From positions 62,001-126,000 of the forward strand of contig NW_026250440.1 of the NCBI RefSeq assembly GCF_024521635.1: 64,000 nucleotides of DNA. Direction: 5' to 3'. The translations under genes were made by a program, and so were the position numbers. Shown in pieces: positions 49,533 through 62,902 of the stretch. Below the pieces are notes generated by a model. That model made no database searches. It had not been told where the DNA came from and saw only the letters and a list, made by a program, of their open reading frames with translations. Position 1 is the stretch's first letter; each line of letters opens with the position of its first letter. This DNA is from Tricharina praecox. Lineage: Eukaryota.

Positions 49533-51857
49533 CTACTCATCATCATCATCACTACTATCCCCCATATCAATCCCAGGAACAGAAAACATCTCTGCATCTT
49601 CATCATCTTTCTCCTCCTCCTCGGTGAAACTCATTTTTATCGGCGAACCCTCGGCCGCTGTGGCGGTGGTCACCTGCAGGAGCGTGGGGTACTCGCTCCT
49701 TACCGCCGTTGCGGGCGGCGCGGGCTGCGAGCTCGGTAGTGCCGCAGGCTTGTCGGGTGAGATACCTACAGCCGCCACGGAATGGGGCGGGAGCGAGATC
49801 GGGTTGGTGAAGAATGACTGCTGCTGTTGTAATGGTGGTGCGGCGGCGGCAGCGGTGGTGGTGGGGTAAAGAGTAGCAGCAGCAGCAGCAGCAGTGGGCG
49901 GCGAAACCCGCGGCCGTTTATGCACCCTACTTTCCTCCTGCTCCTCCCGCTCCCTCTCCTCCTCCTCCTCCCTCCCATCCAGCTCCTCCATCTCCAGCTC
50001 CCTCGCCTCCTTCTCCTCCTCCAACGCCCTCCTGACCTCCTCCCTACTCGGCCCCGTCCATACCACGGGCATTCTCGGCCTCACCAGTGCCTCTGCAGCG
50101 GCATCAACCCCCGCGCCAACCAGGAACGGCACTGTACCCGGCCTCTCCGCCGCCGCGCGCGGGAACAGTACTGCAGCGAGCAGCGCCGCCCGATTGCCCG
50201 TCAGGATCGCGGTGCGCTCGAGTTGCACGCGCAGCTCGGCGCGGATGTGTTGCGATGGCAGCTTGGACAGCGCGGTGGTCAGGAGGACGCCCGCGGCGGT
50301 GGGGAGGCCGGGGGGCGTGAACTTTGGTGCGGCGGGGGTCGTCGAGAGGAGAGAGTCCGCGTGCGTCGTGGAGTTGGTTTTTTGCTTCTTGTGTGCGGGA
50401 GCGGTGGTGGGTGCGGTGCGAGCGGCGGCGCGGGGCGCGAGCAGGTCCGTGCAGCAGGTTTGCAGAAGTGGGGTCAGGTACAGTGTCGACTCCTTGTCCA
50501 GGGCGGGCCCCGCGAGCGTGAGCAGCGTGCTGGTCACGTTGTAGATGGACACTTTGAGGTCGGCGTTGTAGCCCTCCTTGCCGCACAGGGCGACGGCGTG
50601 GCCGAGCAGCGAGGGGACGAACGGGATCACCACGGACTGCAGCCGGTTGACGACGGTATCGACCATGTCGAACGTCTGCGCGTGGATTGCGGGGAAAAGC
50701 GAGAACAGCAGCTCGCGCTGGGACTTCTCGATCGCCGGGTTGTGTTCGGTCGATGCCGGGTCCGTGGATACGCTCAGGATCCGGGAGACGGCGTTCATCA
50801 GGCTTCCCAGGGGAATCTGCGGCTGCTGCCCGGTCGACACCGTGAAGAAGCTGCCCACTGATCGCAGCAGCAGCCCAACCCTATCCGCCAGAACCGGAAT
50901 CTCCCTCTCCGCCTCCTCGCCTCCGCTCTGGCGGTCGCCTTCACGGTACTCCTCGAGCACGGGTTCAAACAGCACATCCAGAGCCGAATGCAACCGTGCC
51001 ACAGCAGCATTAAACAGCGCCGTCCACTCCATCGCGGGGGCATTAACCTTCCTTCCGCCCTCCTGATGCCCACCACTGCCGGGCGCAGGGCCACACAGAT
51101 GCAGTGCGACCACCAGCTCCCTGACCACCCTCTCCATTTCCTGCTCCACACACCTTCCATCCAGGAGCGCTTTCACCGCGACTTTAGTCTTGCCCACGAA
51201 CGGCCTAAACGTGACCGGGTGCGCCTGGACCGAATCCCTGAGCGCCTCCCACGCACACGCGGTAACACTGTCGTCGCCCCGCGGCGTGGTAACCGCGACC
51301 ACCAGCGCCCCAAAGAAAGCGGGAAGATGCGGCGTCACCAGCTCCCGCGTCAGCGTCGGCCGGTCGAGCGTAAGCTTCGTGAACACCCGCGCAAGGGTAC
51401 GGATGAGCATAACGGTGGTGACAGTTGGCTCCGGCCTCTATCCTCCCTCACACATATTAACGCCCACCCCACCCCCCCCCCCCCCCCCCCCATCCCCGAG
51501 AAGTGTACTTACATTAACCAACCCAACCAACCTCCTAACCCAGCCCTCCCCCCAAGCAGCAAGTGCCTCAAACGAGCTCTCAAGGACACATTTCGCCAGC
51601 ACGACACCGGCCCACCGCGCCTGCGGGGACTTACTCCCGATGAGCGCGGCAACGCGGGACTTGGTCTTTGCGCACAGCACCTGCGCCTCCTCGCTCGGCG
51701 AGGTGAGCGCGCAGTCGAATATGCTCGGCGAGGTGGTCGTGTATAGGATCCGTGCGAGCGATGGGATCTCGGCTGCGAGGGAGGCGTCCGGTGTGGATAG
51801 CAGCGCCGACACGAAGGTGCGCAGCAGTGGGAGGTGCTGGTCCGCGGGGCGCGGCAT
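49533..51857 (-). CDS. RIX1: Pre-60S ribosome biogenesis factor Rix1 (PELP1 homologue); exons 51857-51513, 51437-49533
   Basis: KSRVAALIGSK..RWAGVVL, WVRRLVGLV, PTLTRELVTPHLPAF, HPVTFRPF, LERTAILT, EALVRPRMPV and acidic tail. Confidence 0.88.
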
Positions 51858-52311
51858 GGTAACTGGTTGGTGGGGTGCGGAAATATGCTAAGTGGTGAGT
51901 GCGTTGGATTGAAGGTTTGGGATGCAACTTTTCCACTTGGTTAGTTAGTTAGAGTACACGGATGAGACCCTGCGGGTTTAAGCGAGCGTGGCGGTTGCAC
52001 TAAGGGACTAACGTGGGATTGAGCGCTTCTGGATCTGTGAAGCGCGGGTCTTTGCAGCGCATCGTGAAGGACAGTCAATGGGGCAGCAGAAATCAACGGC
52101 ACCGAAGCGTAAGTATCACATTGCAAATGTATTCTAGTATCATACCTACGCCTATCGGCAGGTTCAAACCAGAAAGCGACACGACTATGTACAGCTACCC
52201 TCCCATGCCCATCCCCATCCCATGCAAAAACAAGAACTCCGGTTGAAAAAACCTCAATTCAAAAACGCCGTTGATGGTTGGTTGGTTTGTGGTACTCGTA
52301 TGTATGTAAGC

Positions 52312-54017
52312 CTAGTCGTCCATGACATTTACATGGTTTCTCTCGTCCTCTGCGACTCCCTCTTCCTTCCACGTTGGCTGGCATTCGTCAGTATCGTACA
52401 GGCTTTCTCGAGATGAGGGGTGTGGTTTAAAGTCATACCAAAGTATCAAGCGCGGCCTTAAAAATCTGAATCGACTGATCGATCTGCTCCTCGGTAATGA
52501 CCAGCGGCGGGGCGAGGCGGATGATATTCTGATGGGTCGGCTTCGCGAGCAGACCCTTCTCCTTCAGGATGAGGCAGAGATTCCACGCCGAGTGGCCATG
52601 GGTCTTTGACTCGTCGATCACGACCGCATTCAGCAGACCCTTTCCACGAATGGTCTTGATGGCGGGGCTATTCAGAGCCTCGAGACCCTTGCGGAACCGT
52701 TCTCCAAGGACTTCGGCACGCTCCGTGAGCTTCTCGTCGCGGACGACTTCGAGCGCAGCGAGGGCAACGGCACAGCCGAGGGGGTTGCCGCCGTAGGTCG
52801 AGCCGTGCGTTCCCGGCTCGATCACGAGCATCACCGCCTTGTCGGCGAGGACGGCAGAGACTGGGTAGACACCGCCGGAAATCGCCTTGCCCAAGAGGAC
52901 AATGTCGGGCTTGATGCCGAAGTGCTCGAAGCAAAGGAGACGACCAGTCCGTGCGATACCTACGATCGACGGTCAGCAATGAGTTGGATGGGTGACATCG
53001 ATTGTGGGCTTGCCGGTTTGAATCTCATCGCAGATCAGGAGGACCTTGTATTCAGTGCACAGCTCCCTCACCCTCTTCAGATAATCATCATCGGGCACGA
53101 TGATTCCGGCCTCACCCTGGATCGGCTCGACCAAAAACGCCGCGATCTTATCTCCATGCGATTTCAGCGCCTCCTCGAGGTCCTCGGCGTGGTTGAACCG
53201 AATTGGCTTTCCGGTGGCAGGGCTGATGGGTCCAACATTTGGCAGATAGGGGCCGTAATTGGCGCGACACTCCGGGTCGGTCGAAAGCGATACGGCGCTG
53301 AACGTGCGGCCGTGGAAGTTCTCTGCCACTCCGAGGATGAGCGCTTCGTCCTCCGGAATCCCCTTAACTTTGTAGCCCCACTTGCGCGCGAGTTTGATGC
53401 CCGTCTCGACCGCCTCGGCGCCGGTGTTCATGGGGAGAACCATATCGAAGCCGAAGAACTTGGAAAGAAATCAACAAAAAACTACGTCTCGATCTGGAGA
53501 GACTGGGAACATACCTCTGTAACAAACTTCGAAAATACAGGGAAGACGTCATTGTAGAACGCCCTTGACGAGAGCGTAAGCCTTTGCGCCTGCTCGACGA
53601 GTGCTCCGACAATCTTGGGGTGGCAATGACCCTGGTTGACGGCCGAGTATGCGCTCAGGAAGTCGAGGTATTGCTTTCCCTACATGAGCATCCACCACAT
53701 GCGTTAGCCGATGCAGTCCAAATAAACAAGGTGCCACCCAGCCCAACAAACAGACAATGCAGGTCCCTAAGCACAACAAAAGCACGGCCCACGCACGTTG
53801 TGGCAAGCAGAGAATCACCAACCTCAGGGTCCCAGACGTGCACGCCCTTGCCTTTGGCGAAGACCACGGGCAGCGGATGGTAGTTGTGCGCTGCGTGCTC
53901 GTGCTCCAGATCCAGAGCTTGCTTCGACGAAGTAGTATGGTAACTGTCGACGGTGGCGGTGCCAGTTTTCGCAACGGGGGTGTTCGCCTTCGCTGCCATT
54001 GAAGCTGAAGGTGCCAT
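52312..54017 (-). CDS. CAR2: Ornithine aminotransferase; exons 54017-53823, 53679-53515, 53458-53014, 52959-52439, 52377-52312
   Basis: [83 protein letters not shown]. Confidence 0.97.
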
Positions 54018-54021
54018 GTCT

Positions 54022-54073
54022 GTCGGTGGTGATTGTGTGTCGGTGGTGATTGTGTGTCGGTGGTGATTGTGTA
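54022..54073. repeat. 17-bp tandem repeat (GTCGGTGGTGATTGTGT)x3 immediately upstream of the CAR2 start codon
   Basis: Read directly from the sequence; ends 4 nt before the ATG on the minus strand. Confidence 0.9.
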
Positions 54074-56380
54074 GTTGGTGCGGCGGTGTACGAGATGGGT
54101 CCGACAGGTATCCACGGAGTTCTGGGTGACGGAGGATGATCTCGAGGAGGGGTGCGGTAGATCAAAGAATCGGTACAAGGCAGTAGCTAAGAGGCAAGAA
54201 TTCAATGGAGGGAGCGAGGACAAGCCGCACGGGCTCGATCTCGGGGGCAAGTCCAATGGGTTTATATAACAAAGGCCCGTTCACTAGCTGGCCCAAGCTG
54301 GGCGGAAAGCTGACTTGTGATGGCCCATCGGGAGTGCACCCCGCCTCCCAGAGCAGCTGCTGCACCATCGACAAGATCCAGTTACTCGCTTTCGCTGCTC
54401 TTCGCTCTCCTTCCGTGCCCTTCCTTCCTTCCTGCTTGCCCGCTCTCCCGCCTTTGATCCAGGGATGGAACCCAGTGGAGAGCAACCGCTGCTCAACCCC
54501 ACCACTGCCTGCCTGCGCACCCTTTGCAACACCCCGCGCGCGATGCTCACTGCCTGCCAGGGGTCCCTGACGGTGCAGAGGCCAATCGGACAGATCGAAA
54601 ATGCGGGTGTCAGCTCTTGTGGCCAGGTCATTCGGCAATGGCTAGGAGCGGCACAGAGACGATAGGCAAGTGAGATGTATTTAGTCTGTGCTTGCCTGGG
54701 TAGCTATCGCAATCCCCCACTCGTATGCACTTCGGCTCGGTTCGCGATTCGCGACGTCGACAACTGCTAGAGCTATTCCCAAGCACCGGCAGCAAGCAAA
54801 CAGCGGGTAAAGAGAGAGAGACAGAGAGAACCGATGTATTCACTATTGATGCCCAAGAGATGAGAAGAACGACTGCATCCGCCGCTCCGCCGCATTCTCT
54901 CAACAAGATGGGTCAGATGGCTGCGATTGGTGGTGTCCCCAACCCGGTTGCCGCCTACAGCCCTTCTCGGCCTCCGCCGGCATGGCAGCACGTCACATCC
55001 ATCGGCATGCAAACCACCATCGACCTACCTCTAAGTGTTAGACCGAGACACACAGGTGCACACCGGCCCGCGACGAACTACCTCTAAGTGTTAGATCCGA
55101 AACACAAATCCGGTCCAAACGGATTGGAATCCCCCGACATCCCCGTCGCAACCGCTGCTTCCGCTATCATGTGCTCCACTGGCCACAAGAGCTGACGCAC
55201 GACGGAGGATCGATGCGCCTGGCCTCCAGTGGAGGATAATTCTTCATGAGGCGTTCACCTTCGTTCGCTAATTCCGTCGCCGTTACGGTATTTCCTTCGC
55301 GAGGCGTTCTGCTCGGTCGCTCTTCCGGGCAAATGACTCGCCGTGAGGCAGGACTGCCGCTATTAATTGGGATCACCTTACCTCTGCATTTCCTGTTTTC
55401 TCCGTGTTAAAATTCGGTACACAGCATTTCCAGCCGAGCTCCGAGTGATTTTGCGTGAATGCTTGCATGCTACTCAGCGGAAGAAGCCGATGCCATGCAG
55501 GGGACTGTCTTTGTCCGCACAGGACATTGTGAGCTCATGTCTGAGCTCTAGAGGCCAATAAACAGTGAAAACTTTTCCCGCCTAGTCGGGTCCACCACGC
55601 TTAACGTTAAGACAATAAGAATCGTATCTCGCTCGAATGGATTTCTAACTTTCTGGATGCTTGGGTTAACGTTTGACTTCACTGCGTAAGTAAAGACGAG
55701 TCGATCGACAGCCAAGCTCCTGGCTGAGCTAGGTGCTTCTATGTAGGGGAGCGTCGAGCGAACGGCGACGTAAGTTACTCAACTTTTTGCAGAATTACGC
55801 GGCATCGTGGGGGCTTCGATCGAACAGCTATGGAAGTTACTCAACTTGATTCGCAATTACACGGCATCGTGAGGACGTCAATCACGTCGATTTGTTTCAC
55901 TCGGTTTAGAACCGGTGCACGTGCTCATCACTGGTGGAGTTTACGAGGAAACATGGAGTCGCGGCAAAGTTTTAGTGGCCATAGATTTATAGTAGACTTC
56001 GAAACTGTATCGGGCCCGAGCTGTGATCTTGCCATTCGTACTGTGTTTGTTGAGTTTTAGATTCAGATTGACTCTTGCAAGCGCTCATACATAATCACTC
56101 GTGTGGCACGTGAGGCTTGGCGTTGATGCAGGGAATGCAACACGGCCGATCGAAAAAATTACACTTTGCCGCCGACACCCCCCCTACGACGCTCAACCCA
56201 CCAACCAAATTCAACTTGACACCACTATTCAACTGCGCATCCCCCCCACCTTCCACTCCCCACATTCCACCGAGTTCACCACCGACGAGCAGCTCCAATA
56301 CTCCAATCGAACAGCTAGAGCAAGGCGCGACGGAGACCGCTCGCTACCTTACTGCTACTGACGTACACGAGACACGCTCG

Positions 56381-58589
56381 ATGGTTTCCCTCGCCCCACT
56401 CAAAATCCCCTTCCCGAACACCATGCCTCCAGCTGCCGGCACAAAACATGAGCGCGAAGACAAGGCCTCGCCTATCATCGCCTCAATTTCGAAGAAACGT
56501 GTGCGGTTCGCGAACACCGCTGTTGCACAGCAAGACTTCGAACGGCTACGGCAGGAGAGCGAGGACGAGAAGATCAGTGACAGCGATGCTAGCACCACGA
56601 CGTCTACTACGACCACCACGACTACGACTACTACTGCTACCAACGCGAAAAAGCCTCGGATAAAGGGCGCGTCGGCATCGAACATGTTCAAGAAGTTTGT
56701 TGCCAACGCACTGGATGAACGCGCTGCTGTATGTTCCCCCACGCCCTTGCTTCTTGCCGGAAGAAGATGGGACTCGGGGCTGACATCGCATCGTGGTCTC
56801 TAGGGAAAACCAGCACGCTACGAAGAAATCCGGCACAAGTTCCAGGCGGACCCTGCGGATGTGGACGGAGACACAAAGCCGCCGTCCTCGCAGGAGCTGC
56901 AGATGACGCTGAAGGCGCTGTCCAACGTGGTTTCGAGACTCGACAACAGCTGTGCTACTCTCGTTAAGGACATCGTTGCGACCAGCTGGGTGGGTAGGGA
57001 TGGCCTCTTTGTGTCAGCGTTTGTGCGCTTGTTGGGGAATCTAGTCAGTGCCCACGCGAATTACATGGGTCTTGTGACAAAGATGTTGGTCCGCAACCTG
57101 AGCTTCCTACCGACCTCGACCGGAAACCTCCCCGGCTACGTCTTTGTCGACCGGAACACCATCTATGACCGCGTCCACTACGCCCTCCAATATATTATCG
57201 CTCTTGTCCCGACCGCTGCTAGTTCTACCCTGTTTCCGCTCTTAGTCGCGGAATTCCCCCACAAGAGTGAGAGGAAACTGGAGCACACGTGCTACTTGGC
57301 GAATATGCTGAGAGTCGTGGAATACGTTCCGGCTTTGAGGCATAAAGTCCTCTCGGTTATCACGGACCGCGTCATTAAGATAGACATTGAGATCCAGGTG
57401 GACCTCGAAGAGCTGGAGGATGATGAAGGAGAGGAGCTGGAAGCCGAGCTCAAGGGTGCGCTGAAGGAGAAGGAGAAGAAGGATGTTGGTGCTAATGATG
57501 ATGAAGAAGAGGAGGAGGAGGAAGTAGAGGATGATGGAAATAAAACCGACGAGGATAGTGACGAAGAAGAGGATAAAGACACGGTCAAGGCCATCAGGGA
57601 GACTGTGGATAAACTTGATTGCATGCTCGATCTACTGTTCAAGTACTACTCGCAATTCCTCCCAGACGGCACCGAGAAGGATCCCAACAGCTGTTCATCT
57701 ACGGCAGTTAATACCTTCGAGATGATTCACAACACCTTCAACACCACAATCCTGCCGACCTACCGCTCGCGCTACACGCAGTTCCTACTCTTCTGGGCTG
57801 CGCAGAAAGCACCACGTTTCTCGGACCATTTCTGTGTTTCGATGGTGGAGAAAGCGCTCGACAACATCAGCCCGGTCGGCACACGGCAAGCCGCGACGGC
57901 GTACATCGCCTCGTACGTAGCGCGCGCCAAGCTCATGCCGGCGAAGGACGTCCGTGCCGTCGTCCGGATCCTGTGTCGATGGCTCAGCGAATTTGTCGAC
58001 GTGCGGTCGGTCGACTGCAACGGCCCCGATGTCCGGAAGTTCCGTCCGTTCTACTGCGTCGTCCAGGCGATCATGTACATCTTCTGCTTCCGGTGGCGAG
58101 AGCTCCGTGAGGAGGTCGAGGACGAGTGGGGCGTCGTCGAGACTTCGTGGACTGCCGGACTGGACGTCATGCAGAAGGTCATCACCAGCCGGTTCAATCC
58201 TCTCAAGGTATGCTTCCCCTTGCGGATCCCTTTTCGCATGTGACGCCTCGTGCTAATAGGGGGAATAGGTGTGCTCGCCCGCCGTCGTCGACATGTTCGC
58301 TAAGATCGCCAACCACCTGCAGTTCGTCTTCTGCTACACCATCATCGAGCAGAACAAGCGGAAGGGGCGAGGACGCGAGGACGACATGCTCGACTCGTAC
58401 TTCCCGTTCGATCCGTTCCTGCTCAAGAAGAGCAAGCGCTGGATCGACGAGTGCTACGTCGAGTGGAAGCCCGTGCCTGGCCTCGAAGACGAGGAGGAGG
58501 AGGACAGCGATAGCAACGCCGACGAGGACGAGGATGAGACGGAAGCTGACGAGCTCGATTCCGGGGATGAGGGGAGTGAGACCAGTTAG
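56381..58589 (+). CDS. RRN3: RNA polymerase I transcription initiation factor Rrn3 (TIF-IA); exons 56381-56728, 56804-58207, 58269-58589
   Basis: LVSAH, EFPHKSE, IKIDIEIQ, KLDCML, ILPTYRSRYTQFLLF, YIASYVARAK, QAIMYIFCFRW, FNPLKVCSP, LDSYFPFDP. The start codon choice is uncertain because the frame is open further upstream. Confidence 0.94.
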
Positions 58590-61369
58590 GCGGCGGTGGT
58601 GGTCGACGATGGATGGACGCACGGACGGATGGATGGCGGAAGGCATTTACAGTTGCGGCATTTTCTTTTTTTTTTCCTTTCCTTTTCACTGTTTCCCGGG
58701 GTTCTATAAAAGTCTGGAATGTGGTTTTTTGCTTTGCTCTGGTTTTCTTTACTTTGCTTTGCGTACCGTTGCGCTGCGTTTGCGGGGGGTAAAGGCGTTT
58801 GTATCTTTATCGTGTTCCACTTGCTAGCTTTCCTTTCCTTTCCCTTCCTTTATTGTCTTCTCTTCTTCGTTCGGTTCGGTATAGCTTTGTGGGGGGTTTC
58901 TTTCGTTTTGTTTCGGAGTTGGGTTTTCGAATTTGATGATGTATCGTGCGTAGGTATGTGCCTACATAATGTACTTATTGTTAAGTAATGTACTTACTTG
59001 CCGTGCTGCTACAGAGGTATAAGCTCCTGTGGATAATTGTGATTACTTGTCCGGTGTCAGTCTACTCTACTCTGGTGGGTATCCGTTGTGGGTTCTTCGG
59101 AGTGGATTGCTGGAAATGGAACGCGATGGTGTATAGAAAATTCATTCATAGACTATGACTCGGAATATAAAGCGTTTGTTAGGTACTCAAGTTGCCAATG
59201 GTTGAGCAGTTTATTGTTCTGGAGGGGATGCAAATACCCAAGCGACAATTGTAGCCTGTAGGGCCCTGATACGATATATGAGAGGAAAACGAGGCGCAAA
59301 CAAGAATTACATACTTCCTACCTACGCAGGCCGTCACATCCGTCTACCTATACGAGCAACGACACCCTCAAATCCGCCTAGGTAGCACTGCTCTGCTCGC
59401 AAGATGCTTCAAGTCTTGAAAATGTGCTGCCCTGCCCTGCTTCAAATGAATGGACGCCGTACAACGGGTGGATACTATACCGGTAGGCATAGGACACATA
59501 GTATGGCCGAGATTGCTTCCCTTCCCACGAACGAGGGGATGGTGTGGATTGAGAGGGCAGTTCCCGGGTGCCCGGATGCGCGACATTACCTACCTACTCT
59601 GTCTCTGGGCAGTTGGCCATGTGCTAGGTATGAGGAGGGGGGGCGGGGGAACGGGGGAACGGATACCGGTATTCCCGACTTGGTCCTGTCAGCTGCCAGC
59701 CTGCTAGCGGCGCTGGTGCGATCAGATGACAGATGATCCGCTGGAGTGGTAGAGTGGTAGAGTGGCCGTCTTCTACTGTACTATAATGGTGGCTCTTATC
59801 TGGATTCTGACATAGCTGTGGATATAGCTCACCCGGATCTGCTTTTGCGATTGCGGCGGCGTGTGATCTTTCATATTCAACGGTGGTGTCGGCGCTGTGG
59901 GAAATCGTGTGCAAGTTCGAAATGGCTGCTTCGCGGCGGATTGTTGATATAGCCTACTTACAGCCCCCAGTACTACCTGGAACTCAAGTCGTATCCTTCC
60001 ATTCCGACAGAGTGCTGGTTCACAAGCGATCACCCGATCACCCAGTCCAGCAGCGGTTATCGAACAAGCCCCATCTGCGGGGGTTCACTCCGGTGGATTT
60101 GCGATCCGTCACTCAGGCGTCGAAGCCGAAGGTCGATGGGCGATCGGCGGGGGGTAGGGCAGATAAAAAGTGAACCTCGGCGAACACCATGTACGCCTAC
60201 GGGCTTGGGTGCTCTTTCCGAAACAACGGATCCGATGGCCCGTGCACGTACATAACTGTAAATTAATATCGAAGTTACCGGACGGACGGATGGGATGGGA
60301 TGGGATGGGTGCTAATGATCTGCCAATCGCTCGGAATGACGGTGCACGTGGAAGACTTGGTATACACCGGTTCGTAGACGGCGGGGTAGATATTGCTTGT
60401 TGTTGGCACGAATGCATCCGGGCCGCGACGTTTTACCTTCCGGTGCCGTATTGGAAGTTCATAGCCGGAAGACGGGACGGGGAAATCGGAGCGAACATGC
60501 TAGAGTTGCGCTTGTAACTAGTGGCTTTACTGGCCGGCGTTGAGACTCGAAGCTCGAAGCTCCAGCTGTGATATGTAGTCGGGCTTCCATACTGTCCGTA
60601 CAATATACTTAGGATCATCGAAATACGTTTCCCGACATCTGCAATGGTCACACCGACGTGCATACTCTATGCATGCATGCACCCCACACGCCCGTGCACC
60701 ATCCAGAAAGCTTGTCTATGTACCACATATATCAACTAGCTGGTAATCAATCTGCACCCAGTCCCGAGTCCCGAGTCCCGACTCCCGGCCCTGCGGATTA
60801 CGATTCACTAGGGGCTGATTTCTCAGCCTCCTCGGCCTGCAGGGTTGCGCCAGAGTACTTACTTAGATATAGTATATGCCGAGGAAGCTGGGAGCCTTGG
60901 TGCGTCCTCATCTATCTGGCGCGAGGGTTGATGGTGTCGTGTTTTATGAACCTCCCTCCGGACTGGCTGCTGATAGTCACGAGAAAATCGATTCGCCATG
61001 GTTTGGATATCCGGTGGCCCGCAGTTCGGCAGCGCAACAGGTAAACGATGCGGCTTGCATGTTTGCACCATATGCAGACACGTGCATCTCGGCTTCAGAG
61101 TTACAGGGCTTTGCTGATGATGCTGGGAATGAAGAAGGCGATCGTATTTCGGCCATGGTACGAGTCTTTAACCTCCAGTCCCGACGATGACGATGTCTGA
61201 GTTTGACATGCGTTGTATACACCTACCTAGCACGAACATAACATAACGGCCCACGATATGGGCCTACAAAAGGAGCATTGACGTCCTCTCTACTCTGCTC
61301 ATCCAGCAGTACATACACACACGTTCATTTCTCGTCAATTGGCCGGCTCCTCGACGCTACATCCTCACG

Positions 61370-61774
61370 ATGCGCGTGATTTCACTCCTTTTCCTATCTC
61401 TGTCCTTAGCCACCACCGGCCTGGCCGCATGCGGTGGTGCCAGTACCGGTACTGCGGTGTCGACTGCGCCGATGTCGATGTCAATGTCTACCGGTGACGG
61501 CCACGACCATGAACATACACCGGTTGCTACCTTGGCTTCGTCGATGCCTACGGGCGATGGCCACGAGCACGAACATACGCCTGTTGCCTCCTCTGCTGCT
61601 GCGCCTACAAGCTCCGCGGCTGACCACGACCACGGTGCTATGCCCTCGGCCGGCGTATTCCCGCCCGGCTTCGTCACCGAGCCCAGGATTGGGACTACGG
61701 CGAAGACTGCGGGCGGGAAGGTTACCAAGCAGCGGCTTGGACCGTGGACATTGGCGGTATGTATGAATGACGAG

Positions 61775-61840
<66 letters not shown>

Positions 61841-62902
61841 CGTACGGTTGGTTGACAGTTGTGCTGTCTAGGCTGGTGCTGAGCTCCCAAACCGCTACGT
61901 TTCGGTTCCGCAGCCGTGCTCGAACTGCTACCTTGTGGCTATGGAAGCTGGGCTCGAGTACGAAGACGGGACTGAGGCGAATATTGGTACGTGCTATGCA
62001 GCCTGGTGCACCAAATACACCACTGACAGCGCTCCCAGACACCGGCGCCTGGCTGCACCACATGGTGATGTACTCGCGGTCGACAGGAAAGGCGGACGTC
62101 GTCTGTGGCGGCAGCTTGGGCCTGATGCCACGACGAATCTTTGCCTCTGGCAACGAGCGCACCGTCAAGCGTCTGAACAGCAAGTCGAAGAACGGCGTCT
62201 TCATCGGCGCGGCAGATCGCATGTCCCTGATCGTCGAACTCATGAACGAGGCTGCCGAGTCGAAGACGCTGTACCTCACCATGACCTACGAATACGTGAC
62301 CGATCTGGGATACAAGGATTCGCCGTTGATCTGGTGAGCAGTGCAGCGCCGCCCACCCCTCCTCCCCATCGGTAGCTACACACTAACCGTCCCTCCAGGC
62401 TCGACGCAACCGGCTGCGGCACTAGTGACGTAGCGGCAAAAGAAGGGTATTACGAGCTGCGCTCTCCCGCGTGGAAGTCTACCGTTTCCGGCACGCTGCT
62501 GCTAGCAGACGGACACGTTCACGACGGCGGCGTGCGCGTAACCTTCTACAAGAACGGGCAGCAGATCTGCAATTCTGAGCAGCTGTACGGGATGACGTCT
62601 GCGTACCAGGAGGCTGAGGGCAGCGGACACGCCGGCCATGGCGCCGCCGCCGGAGGCGCAACGATGCAGCATATCTCGAACTCGGGGCTGTGCGCGGATT
62701 TTGGAACGGTTGCCGTGGGTGATGAGCTTGTTGCTGTTTCTGCGTATAATACTACCAGGTATCCCCTGCAGATTCATAATGGAGAGGCGCATCCGGTTAT
62801 GGTAGGTTCTTGAATTCCTGGGTAGAGGTGGGCGGAAGTAGGTGGATGTACAGAAAACTGACGGGTACCCGATAGGGTATTGGCAATATCTATGTCGGTT
62901 GA
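61370..62902 (+). CDS. Secreted protein with His/Met-rich N-terminal arm and PHM-like (SURNod19-like) copper-ligand motifs; exons 61370-61756, 61872-61986, 62039-62333, 62399-62801, 62876-62902
   Basis: Signal peptide MRVISLLFLSLSLATTGLA. Four canonical introns keep the frame. Motifs PCSNCYL, WLHHMV, IFASGNERT, ELMN, WLDATGC, GHVHDGG, ICNS, HIS..C, HPVMGI. Confidence 0.88.
61777..61839. repeat. (GT)n microsatellite, ~31 units, inside intron 1 of the secreted protein gene
   Basis: Read directly from the sequence; the intron spans 61757-61871. Confidence 0.97.

Noticed and set aside
49894..51891. Long plus-strand ORFs (216-313 aa) opposite RIX1, and similar antisense ORFs over MTQ2, fungalysin and CAR2
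   Set aside because: These are shadows of GC-rich codon usage on the real coding strand and carry no motifs.
56117..56380. In-frame upstream extension of RRN3
   Set aside because: It is low-complexity Pro/Thr/Ser sequence typical of a C-rich leader and overlaps the likely promoter motif, so it cannot be supported as coding.
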